DNA of 64,000 nucleotides, taken from positions 8,557-72,556 of the forward strand of contig JAZDHZ010000035.1 in NCBI GenBank assembly GCA_043805415.1, in the 5' to 3' direction. Shown here piece after piece: positions 56,389 through 64,000 of this stretch. Position 1 is the stretch's first letter. Each line of letters begins with the position of its first letter. Origin of the DNA: Candidatus Omnitrophota bacterium. Lineage in GTDB: Bacteria > Omnitrophota > Gorgyraeia > B26-G9. The notes under the pieces were generated by a model. That model was not told the DNA's origin. It did no database searches and saw nothing but the letters and a program-made list of their open reading frames with translations. The position numbers and the translations under genes are program-made.

Positions 56389-58254
56389 TTAAATTGCCTG
56401 TTCAAGTATCCGGCAATTTTCTACTGATAAGCTATGAGTAAGCTTGTCTTGAAATCTATGGTTTGTCGCGGGAAATAAATTAAGTCCCCGCTCTTTAAAA
56501 TATTTATTCAGAAATTCTCTAAAAAGTTTTTTCCGATAACTATCATGCGCCTCATATGGCCGTTTACTAAAAGGAGATTGCCTGAACAACTCCGGATTGC
56601 GGCGGCTTTGTGAGCTAAAATACTCCCATTCCTCATTACTGCCTTCAATCAAAACAAACTCCGGCATATTGTTTTTCTTCAATATAATATTGATTAATGA
56701 TCTGCCGGTATGACCATTATTGTTAAAAAAAGGATGCAGCTCCATCACCAACCGCCAATGCGCCTCCGCGGCCAAATCCACTGGATTCAATTTGTTCGGA
56801 TTATGATTCATAAGCGCGAGGATCTCGTTCATGTTCCGGGAAATCTCATCCTGACTCATTGCCGGGAATATTTTAATAATATCCCCTTGAAGCCCCTCGT
56901 CATTAAGTTTATCTCTCACTCTTACCATCTCAGTCCTGTATTTCCCCGCTTCCTCTAGGGGCAATCCAGCCGCGCGATAATGCAGATAATTAATCCTGCG
57001 AACATCGTGTTCTGATATCAATCTGCCCGGGACCGCAAAGTGATTGATTAACCTTGCGATTTCTTCTTGCAAGGCTGTATCTTTTTCTGAACCCAAGGGC
57101 ATTTTACGGTATTCAATGATCACCGCGACTTGACCCGCGTCTTGATCATCTTCCCGTCCGCCTTCAATGATCCGGACAACTTTAACGTCATTCTTAAGAT
57201 GCAGATTAACTGCCTGGGATAATAATTTCCGGCCGGTGCGTAAGATAAATTTTCCGATAGGCTCACCGCCATAATTTTCCAAAAAATCATTGTAATCGGC
57301 CCACGAAGCTTGCTCAATAGTCAAATTCTTTTCTGACAAAAGCTGGCGAAAAGTAATTCCTTGTTTACCAGGCTTGTCAAAATAAGCTTCTCTGTCTTGA
57401 CTCATTTCTTTTTCATAACTCTTTTTCGTAACAACCTTAGGAAACAGCGCAAGGGCATAATCCGCGTACGCGTAGGGCTGCTTTTGCTTATTCCTCAAGC
57501 TTCGTGAAGCGTCTAATTGCAAAAGATAGCTTAACGGCGACATCTTATTCTGGTACTCCCCATATCCGCTAAGCGGAGTAAGCGTATAACGCCCCATGCC
57601 TTTGGTTAAAGATTCCGTGGCTTTAAGCAATTCAGTGGCAATGTAAGGACGTAATCTCAATTGCTTGTATTTTTCTTCCTGCACAGCCACCGCATAATGA
57701 ATCCAGCAGTTGTCTTTATATCCGCCGCTATTCCGGGGAATACTCATCAGCTGCTGCAAAGAAGCTGGAATAGCCTCGGCATTTTCCGCGTAAACCGAAG
57801 CGCACCAGACCACACCGATGATCTTTTTATCCGGATCATTCATATCCCGGGCAACCAGATGTCCCTTGGGATTATTGTCAAAAATCATTCGCGCTTTATC
57901 TGGTTTTAATTCAAATTTCGCGCCCCAGATTTCATTATGAACCTTAACTGCCTGCTCAAGATCATCTTGTTTTAAGCTCTCGATTTTAAATTTATGTCCT
58001 TTAATCGTCACTTCCTTTTCTACCGAAAGAACCTCGCTCAAACCGCTAAATTCAGGAGCAGGCAGTTTCCCTGGATGTGAAAGCTGCTTATATGCGTCCT
58101 GAAATAATCCATTGTTAACCAAAACCTGCGGGCTTAGACACTCTATTTGTTTTTTCTCAAGCGTGAGGCTGGCGCTAAAACCAAAGGCCTGCGCGCTGAA
58201 TATCTGTGCCAATACCAGAGCGATCATTTTCAGGAGTATTTTATTTGTACTCAT
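56389..58254 (-). CDS. Predicted secreted protein: GNAT-like domain + Fic domain, with CLSPQ leader and EQAI tail
   Basis: Signal peptide from ATG 58254 (ORF open to 58299); GNAT-like region; AAEAHWRLVMELHPFFNNNGHTGRSL.N..L Fic motif. Confidence 0.78.
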   Translation of the reverse strand: MSTNKILLKMIALVLAQIFSAQAFGFSASLTLEKKQIECLSPQVLVNNGLFQDAYKQLSHPGKLPAPEFSGLSEVLSVEKEVTIKGHKFKIESLKQDDLEQAVKVHNEIWGAKFELKPDKARMIFDNNPKGHLVARDMNDPDKKIIGVVWCASVYAENAEAIPASLQQLMSIPRNSGGYKDNCWIHYAVAVQEEKYKQLRLRPYIATELLKATESLTKGMGRYTLTPLSGYGEYQNKMSPLSYLLQLDASRSLRNKQKQPYAYADYALALFPKVVTKKSYEKEMSQDREAYFDKPGKQGITFRQLLSEKNLTIEQASWADYNDFLENYGGEPIGKFILRTGRKLLSQAVNLHLKNDVKVVRIIEGGREDDQDAGQVAVIIEYRKMPLGSEKDTALQEEIARLINHFAVPGRLISEHDVRRINYLHYRAAGLPLEEAGKYRTEMVRVRDKLNDEGLQGDIIKIFPAMSQDEISRNMNEILALMNHNPNKLNPVDLAAEAHWRLVMELHPFFNNNGHTGRSLINIILKKNNMPEFVLIEGSNEEWEYFSSQSRRNPELFRQSPFSKRPYEAHDSYRKKLFREFLNKYFKERGLNLFPATNHRFQDKLTHSLSVENCRILEQAI

Positions 58255-58678
58255 ATTATTCTCTTGCCCCTTGCTTATGCCAAAAAATAAGCATAGCATC
58301 GCCTAGATTAAGAAAAACAAAATTTTTTATTCACAACTTCTTTATTTATATATATTTAAGCCTACTTAGCCATTGAAATGATGTTAAAGTATACCACAAG
58401 ATATGACTCTCTGCAAACCTCGGGAAATAGGCAAGTTAAGCGCTATTTTTAAACATGTAATAAGCGGAAATTTTTTGCGAATTAAGTTTTTTTATCTATG
58501 TGAAATTAAATGGCAGAAAGGCAGGGATTGTTCAAAGCTATTTTTCGCAACTACCTGATACCCGAAAATCGCGGACTAAATCTTTACTTTTCAAGGAATT
58601 ATTGTTTATCCAGGATTATACAATGTATTCACTTTGGATGGGCACGGTTTGAGCATTAGAAAGAATATTTCTTGAGGT

Positions 58679-59071
58679 TCAAGCCTTTTGCTTTTTTTCA
58701 GCTAAAGCATCATTAATTACTGTAACAAGTTCTCTGGGTAGAAACGGTTTCTCAAGATAAATCGCGCTTCCTCCTGCTTTTACAAAATTTGACTTTATCT
58801 TTTCCAGATCTTTTCCAATATAACCTGTCATCAGAATTAATATCGCCTCAGGCAATTCTCTTTTTATCATTTTACACAGTTTAACCCCATCAATATTATC
58901 CAGCAGCAGGTCAATAAACACAATATCGTATTTTTTATTTTTTACCATTTTAAGCGCTGTCTCATATTCTAAAACTATGTCACTTTCATAGCCCATTTCA
59001 GCCAACTCAAATCTGATGGCAACGCATACAATCTTAACATCATCTATAATCAATACTTTATTTTTTTCCAT
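58679..59071 (-). CDS. Single-domain response regulator
   Basis: VLIIDD, DLLL..IDG, MTGY, KPF. Confidence 0.9.
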   Translation of the reverse strand: MEKNKVLIIDDVKIVCVAIRFELAEMGYESDIVLEYETALKMVKNKKYDIVFIDLLLDNIDGVKLCKMIKRELPEAILILMTGYIGKDLEKIKSNFVKAGGSAIYLEKPFLPRELVTVINDALAEKKQKA

Positions 59072-59078
59072 AGCCCCC

Positions 59079-62000
59079 CTAACTTAGAGACGGAAATATC
59101 ACACTAAACTTTGTGCCTTTGTTTTCTTTGGTTTCTACTGAGATTGTCCCATTGTAGGCGTTAACTAGGGACTTAACTATCGCTAAACCAAGACCTGAAC
59201 CTTTTTTCTTTGTTGTAAAAAAAGGTTCAAATATTTTCGCGATTTTTTCCCGCGGAATACCTTCACCATTATCTATAACCGCAATCTTTATTTTATCGCA
59301 ATTTTTGATATTACTCGTTCTTATTATAAGTTTTCCGTTCTTGGACATACTATCACAAGCATTGCTGACCAGGTTAAGCACAATGTGCTGCAGCCCGCTT
59401 TTATGTCCGGATATATTATGGATATTTTCATCAAAATCTTTGATTATTTTTATTTTCTTTTCCTGTATCTTAGCATACGCGAACTTTAATACATTTTCTA
59501 TTTCTTTATTTACATTAAACTGCTCAATCCGTTCTTTTTTCGGCTTTGCGAAAAAGCTTAAATCACGGATGATCTCCGACATGTACAGACATGCCTCTTT
59601 CATATCATTGAAATTTTCAGCATCTTCAGTCCCCTTCTCTGCTTTTTTCGCGTAAGTATTCACCATCAGCATCAAGCCTGCCAAAGGACTGTTTAGTTCA
59701 TGGGCAACTCCGGCAGCAATAAGTCCCAAGGCCGATATTTTCTCACCCTGGACAAGCCTTTCCTGGAGCATCTTGGTAATATCACGTTCCGTCATGGAAA
59801 TCGCCACAGACCGGCCCCGGTTATCTTTAAGCGCGGTAATTGTCACTCCCACATCTATCAATACGCCGGTTTTTACAATCCGCTTTGTTTCAAAAGAATC
59901 AATTACTTGCCCGTTTTTTATTTTTCGGATAAGCGCCTTTTCTTTTTTTATATTCTCTTTAGGAATAAGATTAAATATAGTCATGGACAGTGCTTCCCTC
60001 TCTGTCCAGCCATAAATCTTTTCCGCGCCTTTATTCCAGGCAGTAATCTTTCCCGCGAAATCAACAATCAAAATCGAATCATTTGAATCACGAATTATCG
60101 TAGCCAGACGCTCCAGTTCCGCGGTACGTCTTACAGTATCAATATCAATTAAGGTTATAACCGCGCCTTCAATCTTGTGTTCCGCGGTCTTATAAGGCCT
60201 TATTTGAATTAAATGCCAGCGGCCTTCTTTATCCTGAATTTCGCGCTCTTGGATTTTTAAATTATCAACTACATCGATTATCATTTTTTCCAAGTCAGAA
60301 ATTTCCAGTTTGGGTTTTATGTCTGTGATCAGCCTGCCGATATCCCGGGGAATCAAGCTCAAGAACTTTTCTGCCATAGGGTTAAATCTGCGGATACACA
60401 GATCTCTTCCCACCATGATAATCGGAATATTTATACAATTAAGCAGATTAAGGATATCATTATTAACTATATTTAATTCCGCGTTGCGATTATTAATTTC
60501 CTCGTTCATTGTTTTTAATTCTTCATTCGTTGACTGTAATTCTTCTTTAGCGGTTTGGAGCTCTTCATTGGTACTGTGCAATTCTTCATTACTCGACTGC
60601 AGCTCTTCTAAAGATGATTTTAACTCTTCGGAAGTAGCTTCAGCTCTTTCAATCACAGTTTGCGTGTATTCTTTGTTTTTTTTCAATGATTCCCTTAAAA
60701 CTATAATTTCTTCATTTTTCGCGTCATTGTTACCCTTGCTGCTTATTTTTCTAACTGCTTTAAGCTCCATGCTTTTTTTATTCTTAGCCAGCTCAGCATC
60801 TTTAAACACTATCAGCAAATAATCGCTGTTTTCATCTTTGCCTTTGACTGGGATAGCTTCAATATCCACACATTTAATTTCAGCATTGCAGAGAAATTGT
60901 ATTTTCTTTATCGAAGTTTTTTGTTTTTTCTTAAATGCCTTTAAAATAAGCGCTCGCAAATCAGCAACAAGTTCTTCACGGATGATCTGTAATATATTCA
61001 GCGTTGCTCTTCCGCTCTTGTGCTGAATACACCACGACACATCACCCCAGCACTGCAGCAGTTCCATGTCAGAATTTATCAGAATAGAGGTACTCACAAA
61101 TCTGTTTAAAAGAATCCGGGAAACTTCCGGAAGCAGATTATCCTCAAACGCGGTTTTATTCACCGGCAATAGCGTATACACGCTCTCTTCCTGAGACAAA
61201 TCTTGACGCGGAACATAGAAGTTTGGCGCTAAATACGCGTCCGCGGTTTTTTTAAAAAATAATTTATGTTTTTTGTCAGCAGAAGCAAAAAGATTTGTAA
61301 AAACCCCGATTCCTTCAGCATCACTTAGGAGCAGCATGCCGCCTGGCTTCAAAGCATAATGGAGCATAGGGATAACTATTTTTTGCAAAGAATTTCCTAA
61401 ATAAATTAAAACATTGCGGCAGCTGATTAAATCCATATTGCAAAATGGCGGATCTCGCGTAATATCATGCCTGGCAAACACGCACATATCCCTGATAAAT
61501 CTTGTTATTTTAAACCCTTCTTCGGTTTTAATAAAATATTGCCGCAGCCTATGCTCTGAAACATCTGCTTTAATATTCTCGCCATATATTCCCCTCCGGG
61601 CATGGGCTAAAGCTTTTTCGCTTATATCTGTGCCGAAAATCTGAATATGCGGCAAAACATTTTTAATTTTACAAACCTCCGCCATTTGAATAGCAATAGA
61701 ATACGCTTCTTCTCCGCTAGCAACCCCGGGAACCCATATTCTAATCGGGTTTTTGGAAGATTTATGTTTTAATATTAAAGGAAAGATTTTTTCCCGCAAT
61801 AAAGCAAAAACCGCGGGATCACGAAAAAAACTTGTTACATTAATCAGCACATCAGCATACAGTTCTTTTAGCTCAAGCTTATTATGTTTTATATAATCCA
61901 GATATTGATTAACTGTATCTAGTTTAAGCAGAATCATCCGGCGCTCAATCCTGCGGATTAAAGTGGGTTTTTTGTAATTAGGAAAATCAACCTCTGAATA

Positions 62001-62765
62001 TTGTTTTAATAACTCAAGAATCACCTTTAGAGGTTCTTCTGTTATCAAATCAATTTTGGTTAATGATTTTTTCCGGGTCTCAGCAAAACCATGGGAAAAT
62101 TTAGAGATTTCCACACATTTTTTCGCTATTTCGTCAGGGCTGCTGATTAAATCCACATTTCCGCTGATAATCGCGTTATGCGGCATATCCGGATATTGCG
62201 CGGTATGCTCATTCTGAGCAAAGGTTATCCCGCCCAAAGCCTTAATTTCTCCTAAACCAACCACCCCGTCTGAACCAGTACCGGATAAAATTATACCCAC
62301 AACCTTATTCTCATAAGCTTGGGCTAAAACTTTAAAAAAAGCATCTATCGGGTGATGCGGCTTACTTTCTGCCTCTAGTTTAGTTAGCTTAAATTCTCCT
62401 TTAAGGACTTTCACCGTCCTGTCAGGCGGAAGAATATAAACATGGTTAGCTAATAAGCCCTGCTTATTTTTGGCAAAACAGACTGGCATTGTAGTATTCC
62501 GCGCTAAGATTTCATCCAATAAACTGCCGCGCGAAGCTTCCATATGCTGGATAATAATAATACTTGCGCCCATATCAGTAGGAAGGTTTTTAAGCAAAGC
62601 AATGATCGCCTCCAGCCCTCCGGCAGAAGCACCCACTCCGATTACGCTTATATTTTTGTTTAGGCAGGGAATATCAGGTGTTTTAGTAGTTAAAGATTTT
62701 GCTTTAAAAATGGGCAATGATTTCTTTTGGCAGCTCTTAGAAAAAGATTTGATGTTTTTTTTCAT
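59079..62765 (-). CDS. CheB-CheR-PAS histidine kinase fusion
   Basis: GASAGG, QH, LSGTGSDG (CheB); NVTSFFRD, SGEEAYS, CRNVLIY (CheR); EELQSSNEEL coil, PAS, H-box AHELNSPL, GSGLGL. Confidence 0.93.
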   Translation of the reverse strand: MKKNIKSFSKSCQKKSLPIFKAKSLTTKTPDIPCLNKNISVIGVGASAGGLEAIIALLKNLPTDMGASIIIIQHMEASRGSLLDEILARNTTMPVCFAKNKQGLLANHVYILPPDRTVKVLKGEFKLTKLEAESKPHHPIDAFFKVLAQAYENKVVGIILSGTGSDGVVGLGEIKALGGITFAQNEHTAQYPDMPHNAIISGNVDLISSPDEIAKKCVEISKFSHGFAETRKKSLTKIDLITEEPLKVILELLKQYSEVDFPNYKKPTLIRRIERRMILLKLDTVNQYLDYIKHNKLELKELYADVLINVTSFFRDPAVFALLREKIFPLILKHKSSKNPIRIWVPGVASGEEAYSIAIQMAEVCKIKNVLPHIQIFGTDISEKALAHARRGIYGENIKADVSEHRLRQYFIKTEEGFKITRFIRDMCVFARHDITRDPPFCNMDLISCRNVLIYLGNSLQKIVIPMLHYALKPGGMLLLSDAEGIGVFTNLFASADKKHKLFFKKTADAYLAPNFYVPRQDLSQEESVYTLLPVNKTAFEDNLLPEVSRILLNRFVSTSILINSDMELLQCWGDVSWCIQHKSGRATLNILQIIREELVADLRALILKAFKKKQKTSIKKIQFLCNAEIKCVDIEAIPVKGKDENSDYLLIVFKDAELAKNKKSMELKAVRKISSKGNNDAKNEEIIVLRESLKKNKEYTQTVIERAEATSEELKSSLEELQSSNEELHSTNEELQTAKEELQSTNEELKTMNEEINNRNAELNIVNNDILNLLNCINIPIIMVGRDLCIRRFNPMAEKFLSLIPRDIGRLITDIKPKLEISDLEKMIIDVVDNLKIQEREIQDKEGRWHLIQIRPYKTAEHKIEGAVITLIDIDTVRRTAELERLATIIRDSNDSILIVDFAGKITAWNKGAEKIYGWTEREALSMTIFNLIPKENIKKEKALIRKIKNGQVIDSFETKRIVKTGVLIDVGVTITALKDNRGRSVAISMTERDITKMLQERLVQGEKISALGLIAAGVAHELNSPLAGLMLMVNTYAKKAEKGTEDAENFNDMKEACLYMSEIIRDLSFFAKPKKERIEQFNVNKEIENVLKFAYAKIQEKKIKIIKDFDENIHNISGHKSGLQHIVLNLVSNACDSMSKNGKLIIRTSNIKNCDKIKIAVIDNGEGIPREKIAKIFEPFFTTKKKGSGLGLAIVKSLVNAYNGTISVETKENKGTKFSVIFPSLS

Positions 62766-62824
62766 AACTTAAAACCCCTTAAAAGTAGAAGGTGGTTTAT
62801 ATTACTTATTTATCTGAATTTTTA

Positions 62825-62864
62825 GTTTGTTTGTTTGTTTGTTTGTTTGTTTGTTTGTTTGTTT
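62825..62864. repeat. Perfect tetranucleotide microsatellite (GTTT)10
   Basis: Ten exact units about 60 bp upstream of the CheB-CheR kinase start codon. Confidence 0.95.
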
Positions 62865-63095
62865 ATTGATTCATTATCCTGCTGAATGTTTTTATTTGCA
62901 AGAATTTTTAAAAATGCAAAAAGCAAAGCAGCAGGAATTCGTTCTGGTCATTTATCATGACTATTTGTTATGCGCGCATTACAATATAAGTAGTTTATTA
63001 TTCATAAGTTAGCGCTTATCCGGTTTCATCCAAGATCTTACAAGTTTATATACTGTATTTCCTTTAGATTTAGCCTAATGAAAATCATTACCTTT

Positions 63096-63614
63096 TCACT
63101 TTAAATAACCATGCTGTAATTCAGCTTTTAAACCCTCATATACATTGAACACGATTGGGCAAATTGAATAATTTTCGAGTACTTTCTTTAATCTTAAACT
63201 AAAATCTTTTTTTTCTAAATTCGGATAAGCCTTGCACCCAGCTGGGCGAGATAAATACTGCGAACACTTATTCTTTTTTAAAAGCGGACAAGGACTTATT
63301 TTAAACATAAAGCCATTTTCTTTTTTATCTTTTATTAAGTAATTTTTTATACTTTTCTCTGCTTGACCCACCCAAACTTTAGAAAGTTTTTCAATGTCCT
63401 TTTTTCTTAAGACCGGGTCCATGAGTTTGCAGCAATTACCGCAGGCCGTACAATCTATCTCTGGAGCTATTTGTTTATAAAGCCTGTGCGCGATTTTATC
63501 TATTTTCTGAGGATACTGGCTAGCTTGTAAAAAAACACGGAATTTCCTGTTCTCCGCGGCTTTATCTCTTGCCAATTGCGTAATTTTATTTAAATCAGTC
63601 TCAAATTTTTTCAT
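63096..63614 (-). CDS. YkgJ-family cysteine-cluster protein
   Basis: IDCTACGNCC, PCPLL..NKC..Y..RP.GC..YP, CP.V. Start at ATG 63614 with an AGGAG RBS. Confidence 0.85.
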   Translation of the reverse strand: MKKFETDLNKITQLARDKAAENRKFRVFLQASQYPQKIDKIAHRLYKQIAPEIDCTACGNCCKLMDPVLRKKDIEKLSKVWVGQAEKSIKNYLIKDKKENGFMFKISPCPLLKKNKCSQYLSRPAGCKAYPNLEKKDFSLRLKKVLENYSICPIVFNVYEGLKAELQHGYLK

Positions 63615-63939
63615 ACTTCTCCTGCTTAAAATCATTAAATCATCAGCTCAATTAAGAATACAGTATTTTACCAATTTATACAAGGAATTACCTGTGATAA
63701 GCGCTGTTTTTTTAAGCAAGAAGAATCAGGAATATAAATTCTGGAATCATGCGCGGGTTAATGATACAATAAATGGATTATCCGGCATAATTAAATATTA
63801 TTTTAAGAATAAAATCAAGATCAGTATATATTATCCACCCAGCACGGCTTAAAAAATAGCCTGGAAATATTTTATTCTATTTATGATGAATTTTATTGTT
63901 CCCAAAAAAACTTTTTTTTTTCTCATGCATTGCTCTGCT

Positions 63940-64000
63940 GCTTTGGGGGATGACAAGCCAAGCCGCGCCCCTGAAGCCCACTCGGTTTAAGGATGTGGTG
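63940..64000. ncRNA. Possible 6S RNA arm, truncated by the window end
   Basis: GC-rich stretch after AT-rich DNA: GGGATG...GCCGCGCCCCTGAAGCC...GATGTGGTG resembles the 6S closing stem. Only one arm is visible and the strand is unresolved. Confidence 0.35.

Noticed and set aside
195-62772. Numerous 60-180 aa ORFs antisense to or overlapping larger genes (e.g. 1456, 5063, 13575, 35372, 41233, 49846, 55900, 60310)
   Set aside because: Shadow ORFs of well-supported genes, with no recognisable motifs.
62827-63012. 61-aa ORF starting MFVCLFVCLFVCL
   Set aside because: Artefact of the (GTTT)10 microsatellite.
63944-64000. tmRNA or tRNA 5' end (GGGGG start)
   Set aside because: Lacks the GGxTTCGAC motif of tmRNA and any cloverleaf arms.

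Overview
AT-rich bacterial chromosomal segment in which almost all genes lie on the minus strand. Only the pabB-pabC fusion and an ArfB-like release factor are on the plus strand. The gene mix suggests a diderm environmental bacterium, possibly Ca. Omnitrophota, but this is inference and was not checked. Left part: a tandem-duplicated CBS + cation/H+ antiporter cassette, housekeeping genes, a degenerate c-di-GMP-I riboswitch, and a complete cobalamin uptake locus (BtuF/C/D-like, CobO, BtuB-like, TonB) with two B12 riboswitches. Middle part: two different ThyX genes, a PAS-GAF-GGDEF-HD-GYP protein, two radical SAM genes, and a porin + two solute-binding proteins + MCP cluster without a permease. 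Right part: MEDS/PocR and CheB-CheR histidine kinases with four stand-alone receiver domains, an ArsR locus, and a TetR-TolC-MFP-RND efflux operon. The most striking observation is a tandem pair of predicted secreted proteins (54505-58254). They share a signal peptide, a CLSPQ..Q..Y..S leader motif and a terminal (I/L)EQAI motif, but carry unrelated enzyme cargo that normally acts in the cytoplasm (HD-GYP + Zn deaminase; GNAT + Fic). This suggests an effector family with a bipartite export or sorting signal. Intergenic DNA carries several families of palindromic and heptamer repeats, one of them inserted inside a riboswitch. There are also two candidate attenuators and a (GTTT)10 tract. No CRISPR array, rRNA, tRNA or transposase was seen. 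All calls come from reading the sequence by eye; no searches were run.
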